Both the position numbers and the translations under genes were made by a program. From Clostridiaceae bacterium (lineage in GTDB: Bacteria; Bacillota; Clostridia; Acetivibrionales; DTU013), in NCBI GenBank assembly GCA_012519745.1, contig JAAYPO010000068.1, positions 3,154 to 67,153 of the forward strand: DNA of 64,000 nucleotides, written 5' to 3'. Under the pieces are notes generated by a model. The model had not been told where the DNA came from, did not search any database, and worked only from the letters and a program-made list of their open reading frames with translations. Each line of letters starts with the position of its first letter. Within the stretch, counting starts at the first letter, position 1. Positions 56,108-64,000 of the stretch are shown here, piece by piece.

Positions 56108-57250
56108 TCAGCTCTGAGGCATCTGGAGATCCTTCATAAATCTCATCAGATTGTCCATTGTCAAAAACAGGTCGTCCCTGCATCTGAGCTTCGCTTCACG
56201 GAATGGGACCGCGACCCGGTTTATGCTGAATATGGCAGTGACACCTTCATTATATGCGTTTTCTACATTGTCGCCTATGTCGCCGACGATAGCTATGAGG
56301 GGTACTCCAGCCTTTTTTGTACGTCGTGCCACACCGATCACCACTTTGCCGCGGAGGGACTGGAAATCGATTTTCCCTTCACCGCTGAAGACAAGGTCGG
56401 CCCCCTCCAGCAGGGAGTCAAAACCTACCGTATCAAGAACTGTTTCTATACCCATCTGCAATCTGCTGTCGAAAAATGCAGCCATACCGCCGCCCATTCC
56501 GCCGGCAGCGCCTGCTCCGGGCATTTCAGCTATTTCCTTGCCGAGATCCCTCTTGATGACGACAGCCATATGCAGCAGGTTCTCATCCAGTATTTTCACC
56601 AATGCTTCGTCGGCGCCCTTCTGGGGACCGAAGACATATGCCGCACCGTTGGGGCCGCATAGTGGGTTGTCTATATCGCACATCGTTATTATCTCAGCCT
56701 GTGCGACTTCAGGATCCAGGCCGCTGATGTCTATAGAGGAGATGTTGCTCAGAGTTTCACCGACAGGGACGAAGGGATCGCCCGAAGCGTCCCTGAACAC
56801 GATGCCCGCGGCGGCAGCTGCACCGCAGCCGCCGTCATTGGTGGAGCTTCCCCCAAGCCCGACGATTATTTTTTTACAGCCGGATCTTGCGGCATGCAGA
56901 ATAAGCTGGCCGACTCCATAGGTACTTGTCTTTCCGGCCTGCCTGTTCTCGCCGACGAGAGGCAGACCGGCAGCTGCCGCCATTTCTATGACAGCTGTAT
57001 TGTCAGGCAGTATGCCGTAAAAACTCTCCATATCTTCGAGGTACGGGCCCTTGACTTTGACAGCGATCCTTTCACCGCCCAGGGCTGCAAGAAAAGAGTC
57101 GACGCTGCCCTCGCCGCCGTCCGCCACCGGTATACTGACAACATCGGCCTTTGGATAGTATGAGTGGATCGCTTTCTTCATAATGGCGCATATTTCGCTT
57201 GATGACATGGTGCCCTTGAATGAGTCGGGTATCAGTAATATTTTCTGCAT
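56108..57250 (-). CDS. glxK: glycerate kinase
   Basis: 380 aa. LLIPDSFKGTMSS, IPVADGGEGSVDSF, VGLGGSSTNDGGCG, VFSGEGKID. Confidence 0.92.
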   Translation of the reverse strand: MQKILLIPDSFKGTMSSSEICAIMKKAIHSYYPKADVVSIPVADGGEGSVDSFLAALGGERIAVKVKGPYLEDMESFYGILPDNTAVIEMAAAAGLPLVGENRQAGKTSTYGVGQLILHAARSGCKKIIVGLGGSSTNDGGCGAAAAAGIVFRDASGDPFVPVGETLSNISSIDISGLDPEVAQAEIITMCDIDNPLCGPNGAAYVFGPQKGADEALVKILDENLLHMAVVIKRDLGKEIAEMPGAGAAGGMGGGMAAFFDSRLQMGIETVLDTVGFDSLLEGADLVFSGEGKIDFQSLRGKVVIGVARRTKKAGVPLIAIVGDIGDNVENAYNEGVTAIFSINRVAVPFREAKLRCRDDLFLTMDNLMRFMKDLQMPQS

Positions 57251-57309
57251 TTGCTTCTCCTTTGCCTAGTACGTTACATAATAATATATAAGTTTACCAG
57301 ACAACCATA

Positions 57310-58710
57310 TCATAAAACAAGCCAGAGCAAAAAGACACCGACCATTGCGGCTATACCCTCCACCAGCGTTACGAGGGTCTGAGTCTTATAGCCCTGTTCA
57401 GGGGTCATTGAGCCGAAATTGGTCACGACCCAGAAATATGAGTCGTTTGCGTGGGAGACGGTCATTGCACCGGCGCCGATGGCCATTACGGTGAGTGCAC
57501 TCAAGGCGGCTGTATCAAGACCAAGAAGTCCGAGAAGCGGAGCCATGATACCTGCTGTTGTTGTGATGGCTACCGTTGAGGATCCCTGTGCGGTCTTTAG
57601 AATAGCAGCCAGTATGAACGGGAAGAATATACCTACAGTTTGCAGCAATTCAGCGTTTGATGTAATATACTGGACCATGCCGGATACGGCTATCACTCTG
57701 CCGAGTACTCCGCCTGCTGCTGTTACAAACAGTATGGGTCCGACTGTTCTCAGAGTCTCATCAGTGATTTTGTAGAAATCCTTCATGCTTCTTGTGTCAG
57801 CAAGCAGCCAGACACCGAACAGGGTGCCGACGGCAAGAGCTATGATAGGAGTTCCGAGAAATACGCTAATATCATATGCCATACCGGTCCATTTGGCCAT
57901 TGATGCTATTGAACCCAAAGCCATCAGCAGTATTGGTACTATAATCGGACTGAGTGAGAGAAGACCGCTTGGCAGTCTGCCATGTTCTGCAACTATCTGC
58001 TCATAGGTTTTGACTATTTCACCCTCTTTCGCAGCTTTATCGGCTTCGTCTTCTGCTCTGACTCGTTTGCTTATGAATTTTGCATAGAGGTATGATGCAA
58101 TGAGAGCAGGTATCGAAACCAATACGCCAAGTCCAATGACAAGCAGAAGATTGTTTCCTATTCCAAGAGTGTTTGCTGCTGCTATCGGGCCGGGAGTAGG
58201 CGGTATGAATACATGGGATGCATACAGGCCGGCAGAGAGGCAAACCGTCATTGCCACACTGCTGGTTCCGGTTCGGCGAACCAGCGCTCTGCGGATAGGG
58301 TTCAATATAACAAACCCGCTGTCGCAGAATACGGGTATGGAAATGACCCATCCCATTATCAAAAGAGCCAGATCGGGACGTTTTGATCCTACAAGCTTTA
58401 TGACCATATCTGCAAGCTTGAATGCTGCTCCTGATTTTTCAAGTATGGTACCTATCAGTGCGCCGAGGATGATAACTATACCGATGCTTGTGAAGGTGCC
58501 GCTGAAACCGGAGCCGATAACATTCGGAAGACCCATGACGACAGTTCCGTCAGCTTGTGTTACATTGACCAAAGGGATTCCCGCTACAAGTCCAAGCAGC
58601 AGTGAGACCCCCATTATTGAAAGGAAAGGATGGATTTTCAGCTTTGATATCGCAAAAATCATGAGGATTATCGCGATCACAAAAGCAATAATGAGACCTA
58701 AGCCTGACAT
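57310..58710 (-). CDS. GntP-family permease (gluconate/glycerate:H+ symporter family)
   Basis: From ORF 57310..58725, with the start probably at the second Met (MSGLGLIIAFV). Polytopic protein with GntP-like blocks PFLSIMGVSLLLGLVAG and GSGFSGTFTSIGIVIILGALIG. It lies directly upstream of glxK on the same strand. Confidence 0.85.
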   Translation of the reverse strand: MSGLGLIIAFVIAIILMIFAISKLKIHPFLSIMGVSLLLGLVAGIPLVNVTQADGTVVMGLPNVIGSGFSGTFTSIGIVIILGALIGTILEKSGAAFKLADMVIKLVGSKRPDLALLIMGWVISIPVFCDSGFVILNPIRRALVRRTGTSSVAMTVCLSAGLYASHVFIPPTPGPIAAANTLGIGNNLLLVIGLGVLVSIPALIASYLYAKFISKRVRAEDEADKAAKEGEIVKTYEQIVAEHGRLPSGLLSLSPIIVPILLMALGSIASMAKWTGMAYDISVFLGTPIIALAVGTLFGVWLLADTRSMKDFYKITDETLRTVGPILFVTAAGGVLGRVIAVSGMVQYITSNAELLQTVGIFFPFILAAILKTAQGSSTVAITTTAGIMAPLLGLLGLDTAALSALTVMAIGAGAMTVSHANDSYFWVVTNFGSMTPEQGYKTQTLVTLVEGIAAMVGVFLLWLVL

Positions 58711-58810
58711 AATTCTACCTCCCATGATGATTCATATGGTTTATAGTATTTCAAAATCCTAAGTATTTATTATTTTATTCATGGGATATCCATCACATTC
58801 CTAATCTGTT

Positions 58811-58838
58811 TTGACATTGTATAAATACGTGTTATAAT
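58811..58838 (+). promoter_or_regulatory. sigma-A-type promoter (extended -10) for the SEC-C gene
   Basis: TTGACA, a 16-nt spacer and TATAAT, preceded by TGT (TGnTATAAT). Confidence 0.6.
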
Positions 58839-58889
58839 ACATTTTGATGATTGATTTACATTTTTTCGTATTGAAGAAGGAGCAGGAAA

Positions 58890-59384
58890 ATGGGACTATA
58901 TGAGCAATGGACAAAGATGACTGAAGCCGATATGAGCCAGGCACAGAACAATGCGTTCTGGAAGGACTATCTGGAAAAGGAGAAGGACAACTACAGTCAT
59001 ATATTGGAGAACCGTATGGATAAGCTCGAGGGAAGACTGGCGGATGTGGCCCAGACCTTTGGTATGGATCCGGTGGTGTTTGCCGGGTTTCTTGATGGTA
59101 TCAACACGAGCCTGGTGAAAGAATTGGACATAGATGCTCTTACAGAGGATACAGTACTGTCAGCTGAAATAGATTTTGAAAAGCTGTATTGGAATATGCA
59201 CGAAGCAAAGGCGGACTGGCTTTATAATCTGGAACAGTGGGAAGGCGTGCTCTCAGAGGAAAGGCGCAAGGAGCTCACAAGAGAGTTCAGGCAGTCAAAG
59301 ATAGCTGTAAGCAGCAAGGTGGGCAGAAACGATCCCTGTCCCTGCGGAAGCGGTAAAAAATATAAAAAGTGCTGTTTGCAGTGA
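58890..59384 (+). CDS. SEC-C motif domain protein
   Basis: 164 aa. C-terminal metal-binding SEC-C motif [18 protein letters not shown]. Confidence 0.8.
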   Translation: MGLYEQWTKMTEADMSQAQNNAFWKDYLEKEKDNYSHILENRMDKLEGRLADVAQTFGMDPVVFAGFLDGINTSLVKELDIDALTEDTVLSAEIDFEKLYWNMHEAKADWLYNLEQWEGVLSEERRKELTREFRQSKIAVSSKVGRNDPCPCGSGKKYKKCCLQ

Positions 59385-59470
59385 GGTGACACTTCTTTAG
59401 TATAGGCGCTGAAGCAGGAATGTGGGGTATGCCCCCTTTTGAAGGGTATAGAAAGGATGAGATCAGCTTT

Positions 59471-60691
59471 ATGAATGAAAAGATCAAAATGCAGGTGCCG
59501 TTAGTTGAGATGGACGGAGATGAGATGACCAGGATCATCTGGCAGCTCATAAAGGACGAACTTCTCCTTCCATACATAGAATTGAACACCGAGTATTACG
59601 ACCTGGGGCTCAGGCATCGGGACGAGACAGATGACCAGATCACGGTTGAGGCTGCTATGGCGGCTAAGAAATATGGCGTGGCTGTAAAATGTGCTACCAT
59701 CACACCCAATGCCCAAAGAGTCGGGGAATATGGACTGAAGCAGATGTGGAAGAGCCCCAACGGTACCATCAGAGCCATACTTGACGGCACAGTATTCAGA
59801 GCTCCCATATTGGTGGACAGTATAAAACCATCGGTAAGGACATGGAAGAAGCCCATAACTATCGCGCGTCACGCGTACGGCGATATATACCGGAATGTGG
59901 AGTACCGTGCTGAGGGTCCCGGGACTGCGGAGCTCGTATTCAGAGGACAGGACGGCAAAGAGCGAAGAGAGACAGTCTTTGAATTCAAGGGGCCGGGTGT
60001 CATAATGGGCATGCACAATATAGATGCATCCATCGTGAGCTTTGCCAGAGCCTGCTTCAATTATGCCCTTGATGTGAAGCAGGACCTGTGGTTTGCTACA
60101 AAGGATACTATCTCAAAGATATATGATCATACCTTCAAGGATATTTTCCAGGAGGTATATGACAATGAATACAGGGAAAAATTCACTGAAGCAGGCCTGG
60201 AGTATTTCTACACGCTGATCGACGATGCCGTGGCAAGGATCATCAGATCTGAAGGAGGCATGGTCTGGGCATGTAAAAACTACGACGGCGATGTTATGTC
60301 CGATATGGTGGCAACAGCCTTCGGCTCCCTGGCGATGATGACGTCGGTGCTTGTTTCTCCGGAGGGTATTTATGAATACGAGGCCGCCCATGGGACGGTC
60401 ACAAGACACTACTACAGACACCTCAAGGGAGAGGAGACTTCGACAAATTCCATGGCTACACTGTTTGCCTGGACCGGGGCACTCAGAAAGAGAGGGGAGC
60501 TGGATGGCAATACCGCTCTGACTGATTTTGCCGATACCCTCGAGGCAGCTTCTATAAAGACGATAGAAGAGGGAGTTATGACAAAGGATCTGTCACAGCT
60601 CTCTGAACTAAGTGAAAAGAAGATAGTGAATACCGCAGATTTCCTCAAGGAGGTCCGTGTGCGACTTGACTCGATGCTCAGCGGAAAATAG
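59471..60691 (+). CDS. icd: NADP-dependent isocitrate dehydrogenase (eukaryotic-like homodimeric subfamily)
   Basis: From ORF 59420..60691, with the start moved to ATG 59471 ([24 protein letters not shown]). [38 protein letters not shown]. Confidence 0.93.
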   Translation: MNEKIKMQVPLVEMDGDEMTRIIWQLIKDELLLPYIELNTEYYDLGLRHRDETDDQITVEAAMAAKKYGVAVKCATITPNAQRVGEYGLKQMWKSPNGTIRAILDGTVFRAPILVDSIKPSVRTWKKPITIARHAYGDIYRNVEYRAEGPGTAELVFRGQDGKERRETVFEFKGPGVIMGMHNIDASIVSFARACFNYALDVKQDLWFATKDTISKIYDHTFKDIFQEVYDNEYREKFTEAGLEYFYTLIDDAVARIIRSEGGMVWACKNYDGDVMSDMVATAFGSLAMMTSVLVSPEGIYEYEAAHGTVTRHYYRHLKGEETSTNSMATLFAWTGALRKRGELDGNTALTDFADTLEAASIKTIEEGVMTKDLSQLSELSEKKIVNTADFLKEVRVRLDSMLSGK

Positions 60692-60706
60692 TAGGAGTTG
60701 GACTGT

Positions 60707-61957
60707 ATGCTGAAGATGGCAGGCGCTATAGCAGCAGAGATGCTTTATTCGATTTTGAGAAGCTACTCTTTTGTAGTATTGTATGTACTTGTGATTTTTT
60801 TCATCAAGGTACAATACAGGAAATATAACGAACTGCAATCCGAAATATATGGCAGGCCTGCATACAGCACAAGGGATATAATCGAGAAGATATTTCTTGC
60901 AGGGCTGGCTGCCGGGTTTGCATCCAGCTTTCTCACTGTGGCAGCCGGTGTGACTATTGAAACAGATACGATCAGGTATCTGTTTTATGTTATGTGCCTT
61001 CTGCTTCTCATCGATCTGAGATTTGTAAGCATACCGTATGCCGCAGGCCTTTTGGCTGCTGTAAGCCTGATCCCGGGTACGCCCCAGATATACCTGCCGT
61101 CTCTTCTGTTCCTTGTTGCGGTACTGCAGCTTGCGGAAAGCATCCTTGTTTTCCTTTACAGGAAGAAGGATTACATCCCGGTATTCCTGCGGCACAAAAA
61201 TGAAATCACGGGAGCCTTTCTGATACGCAGGTACTGGATGGTCCCCATTGTATTCTTTACGTATATGGCCCAGCAGAGCTCCATATCACTGGATTTTTCG
61301 GCAAGCTGGCCATTGATATTCAATGTGCCGCCATTGTCCGGGGCAGTCTATGCTCTGGGGCTTGACTCACTTGTGGCTGTACTGTGTCATACAGATATCG
61401 CTATAGCGACCCAGCCGGAAAAGAGGTCCGCCAGAAGCTCCATCCTGCTGTTGGGGTATAGTACGGTTTTGATGCTTCTGGCCTTTATTTCAAGAAGAGC
61501 GGAATGGGTGGGAGCCGTTGGAGCAGTTTTCTGTATCGGAGGCAAGGAAGGCTTGTATCTTATGTCAACACTCTATGAGCAAAAGCGAAAGCCATTATAT
61601 AGTGCGGTCAGAAGGGGAATAAGGGTGCTGGATGTACTGCCCGGCAGCCATGCTGCTGCAATGGGACTGCAGCGCGGAGATGTCATCCTCAGCATAAACA
61701 AGAATGATGTCCAGAGCGAAGAGGGCATAATCGAAGCGCTGAGGGAGTTTCCGACATATACGTGGATACAGGTGAGATGCTGGGACAGTACCGAAAAAAC
61801 ACTTGAGTACAGATGCTACCCGGGAGGCTATGATACCCTTGGGATCATAACAGTGCCAAGGGAAACGGAAGTTACGTACACGACGAGCTATTTTGAACGG
61901 ATCAGCATACTGAGGAATATAGTCAACCGTTTCAAAGGTGTCGATGAAAAGGTGTAG
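60707..61957 (+). CDS. polytopic membrane protein with C-terminal PDZ domain
   Basis: From ORF 60698..61957. ATG 60707 is preferred (AGGAG 9 nt upstream). About 8 TM helices, then PDZ block VLDVLPGSHAAAMGLQRGDVILSINKNDV. Confidence 0.7.
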   Translation: MLKMAGAIAAEMLYSILRSYSFVVLYVLVIFFIKVQYRKYNELQSEIYGRPAYSTRDIIEKIFLAGLAAGFASSFLTVAAGVTIETDTIRYLFYVMCLLLLIDLRFVSIPYAAGLLAAVSLIPGTPQIYLPSLLFLVAVLQLAESILVFLYRKKDYIPVFLRHKNEITGAFLIRRYWMVPIVFFTYMAQQSSISLDFSASWPLIFNVPPLSGAVYALGLDSLVAVLCHTDIAIATQPEKRSARSSILLLGYSTVLMLLAFISRRAEWVGAVGAVFCIGGKEGLYLMSTLYEQKRKPLYSAVRRGIRVLDVLPGSHAAAMGLQRGDVILSINKNDVQSEEGIIEALREFPTYTWIQVRCWDSTEKTLEYRCYPGGYDTLGIITVPRETEVTYTTSYFERISILRNIVNRFKGVDEKV

Positions 61958-61995
61958 TTGGCAGGCAGAATATCAGACAAACAGGGAAAGGGTGG

Positions 61996-63918
61996 ATGCA
62001 TATGGACAGAGCAGAAGCTGATAGCCACTATTTGACAGCGCGAAAGCTTGGAGTAAGGGAATACTCAAAGAGCATATCGAAAGGAATGACAGGGTATCTG
62101 CCGTTCCTTGAAGGAGTTCTGAAGAATATCGAGATAGTATATGAGCTTGATCTGGGTATCGTTGACATACCAATGAAAAAGATCGTAGGGACCTATACAT
62201 ACGGCCGCAGCAGGTCTTTTGCCGTTAACTTCATGCCGCTTCTCAAGCAGAGGACCGAGTTTGCATCCAAATGGTCAAATCTGTGCCAGGCTCATATAAA
62301 TGAGGGCATAAGAGATCCGATAAAGGTTTATGAATACCTGAACTGGTTTTATGTCGTCGAGGGAAACAAAAGGGTCAGTGTGCTGAAGTATTTCGATGCC
62401 TATTCCATACAGGGCAGGGTCTCAAGGCTGGTGCCCAAGCGGGACGAGAACGATACGGATATCTCTATATATTATGAGTTCATGGAATTCTATAAGAAAA
62501 CCAATATCAATCTGATTTGGTTTACAAAAAGAAATTCCTTCAACAGGCTGATGGGATATCTGGACAATTTCGAGCCCACTCCCGATTTCACAGATTTCAA
62601 CAAGTATAAATATTTCGCCAACTCCATATATATGCCTTTCAGAAGGATATATCTGGAGCTTGGAGGTCAGGAGCTTCCCATCACTACCGGGGATGCGTTC
62701 CTTGAGTATATCACAGTGTATGGAATGCCGTACCAGATCGAAGAACAAAAGGTGAAGTCCAGGCTCAGAAGCTTTTTGATCGAGCTGGACCAGATGAGCA
62801 GCAACAAATCCGCCGATATTCAGACCGTACCGACGGCAGACAGCGGAGAGAGCCTGATATCGACTCTCACCACATTTGTGATGCCCAGGAAAACGCTGAA
62901 GGTCTCCTTTGTATATGCGAAAGACACCAAGACCTCAAGCTGGACATATGCCCAGGAAATGGGCAGGATCCATGTCAGCAAGGTTTTCGGTGATGCGGTC
63001 AGCACATCCTTCGTGGACAATGTGCCGGAGACTTCTGAGGCATACGGTACATTGAAGCAGCTGGCCAAGGACGGAAATGATGTTGTTTTCGTTACGAGCC
63101 CGGCCTTTATCAATGCTACACTAAAGGCGGCTCTTGAGTTCCCGGGGACCAAATATCTGAACTGCTCAGAGACACATTCCTTCAAGCATGTGAACACATA
63201 CTTCGGAAGGATATACGAACCAAGGTTCCTTGCTGGGATCGCCTCAGGTGCAGTGACCCGTACAAATACCCTTGGGTATGTGGCTTCCCGGCCTATACCG
63301 GACGTGGTGAACGGGATAAACTCATTTGCTCTGGGAGCCAGGCTGGTAAATCCCAATGCCGTAGTCAAGGTCGAATTCATAAACAGCTGGGATGACACAC
63401 AGCAGGCAGGGGCGACAAGTGAGGCTCTGATACTGCAGGGTGCTGATGTCATCGCTCACCATGACACTTTATCCAACCGCAAGGTGACTGACGAATATGG
63501 GGTATATGCGGTGATGGAAGGTCCGGAGGGGCGAACAAACGAACATATTGCCGCACCTGTTTGGAACTGGGGGATATTCTATGAAAAAATGCTGTATAAC
63601 CTGATGAAGGGCTCAAGAAGATCCCTCGGTGCCGACCAGAAGGTCATTAATTTCTGGTGGGGCATGGATTCCGGCATAGTGGACTTCTTTTACTCGCGGC
63701 GGCTGGTGCCTCCGGAGACGCAGAAGCTGCTGGACTTCATGAAAAAAATGATCATAAACGGACTGTATCATCCGTTCACAGGTCCGATCTACAGCCGGGA
63801 CGGAGCATTGCGTGTAAAGAAGGATGAGATCGCTACAAGGGAACAGATAATAGGCATGGATTGGTATGTCAATATAGTAGACGGTGAGCTTCCTGTCATA
63901 GACATCAGTCAGGTATGA
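61996..63918 (+). CDS. cytoplasmic fusion of an N-terminal ParB/Srx-like domain with a C-terminal BMP (PnrA/Med) family ligand-binding domain
   Basis: 640 aa with a hydrophilic N-terminus (no lipobox or signal peptide). ParB-like block VDIPMKKIVG..GIRDPIKVYEYLNWFYVVEGNKRVSVLKYF. The C-terminal ~340 aa are BMP-like: KVSFVYAKD..WTYAQEMG, VVFVTSP, YFGRIYEPRFLAGIASG, LGYVASRPIPDVVNGINSFALGAR. Confidence 0.6.
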   Translation: MHMDRAEADSHYLTARKLGVREYSKSISKGMTGYLPFLEGVLKNIEIVYELDLGIVDIPMKKIVGTYTYGRSRSFAVNFMPLLKQRTEFASKWSNLCQAHINEGIRDPIKVYEYLNWFYVVEGNKRVSVLKYFDAYSIQGRVSRLVPKRDENDTDISIYYEFMEFYKKTNINLIWFTKRNSFNRLMGYLDNFEPTPDFTDFNKYKYFANSIYMPFRRIYLELGGQELPITTGDAFLEYITVYGMPYQIEEQKVKSRLRSFLIELDQMSSNKSADIQTVPTADSGESLISTLTTFVMPRKTLKVSFVYAKDTKTSSWTYAQEMGRIHVSKVFGDAVSTSFVDNVPETSEAYGTLKQLAKDGNDVVFVTSPAFINATLKAALEFPGTKYLNCSETHSFKHVNTYFGRIYEPRFLAGIASGAVTRTNTLGYVASRPIPDVVNGINSFALGARLVNPNAVVKVEFINSWDDTQQAGATSEALILQGADVIAHHDTLSNRKVTDEYGVYAVMEGPEGRTNEHIAAPVWNWGIFYEKMLYNLMKGSRRSLGADQKVINFWWGMDSGIVDFFYSRRLVPPETQKLLDFMKKMIINGLYHPFTGPIYSRDGALRVKKDEIATREQIIGMDWYVNIVDGELPVIDISQV

Positions 63919-64000
63919 ATTTTGGAAGCGTTCAGGCTGCCGGAGCGTCCGGCGGCCTGCGGCTGATCAAAAGGTACAGTCTATCAGATAGTATCCGTAG

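Noticed and set aside
1-64000. A search of the whole window for rRNA, tRNA, tmRNA, CRISPR arrays, IS or transposase genes, integrases, prophage blocks and toxin-antitoxin or defence-island signatures.
   Set aside because: I saw no tandem short repeats with unique spacers, no cloverleaf-like intergenic segments and no transposase, integrase or recombinase motifs in any frame. Intergenic regions are mostly short and are explained by promoters and terminators. The scan was by eye and is not exhaustive; tRNAscan, Infernal or ISfinder would give a definitive answer.

Overview
This 64-kb chromosomal window comes from a roughly 50% GC, endospore-forming Firmicute that looks like a member of the Clostridia. 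The lineage markers are spoVB, the spore-coat transglutaminase tgl, a SleB-type cortex hydrolase, a Spo0E-like phosphatase and an ENP1/YqgT-like M14 peptidase. I call about 50 protein-coding genes on both strands. I found no rRNA, tRNA, CRISPR array, IS element or prophage. Housekeeping landmarks are nifJ (pyruvate:ferredoxin oxidoreductase), rplY/ctc, a cyclophilin PPIase, plsC, an acyl-CoA ligase/glpK/lysophospholipase cluster, a eukaryotic-type NADP-IDH and a gntP-glxK pair. The most unusual property is the density of cyclic-dinucleotide signalling. (i) A partial EAL protein sits at the left edge. (ii) A PTS-EIIC membrane domain is fused to a catalytically intact EAL domain. (iii) A three-gene operon encodes REC-GGDEF-(degenerate EAL) plus two paralogous soluble histidine kinases that carry a LacI/periplasmic-binding-fold core. 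(iv) A CheY-like receiver is followed by a protein with four tandem 24-aa MshEN-type c-di-GMP-binding motifs fused to a CheX-like phosphatase domain; this is my top candidate for an undescribed module, a c-di-GMP-gated CheY-P phosphatase. (v) A ydaO-class c-di-AMP riboswitch lies upstream of a LysM/SleB-type hydrolase. Other notable items are a 2933-aa cyclic beta-1,2-glucan-synthase-like gene, a tgl operon with two unknown genes, a 229-bp rod-like inverted-repeat element with perfect 28-bp arms in the nifJ 3' region, a disrupted NA37 nucleoid-protein gene, a radical-SAM/SPASM gene translationally coupled to plsC, an orphan receiver plus an ECF sigma factor without an anti-sigma gene, and a cytoplasmic ParB-like::BMP fusion. 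All calls rest on reading the sequence and translations and on recalled family motifs; no database search was run. Coordinates of non-coding features were counted by hand and may be off by 1-2 nt.
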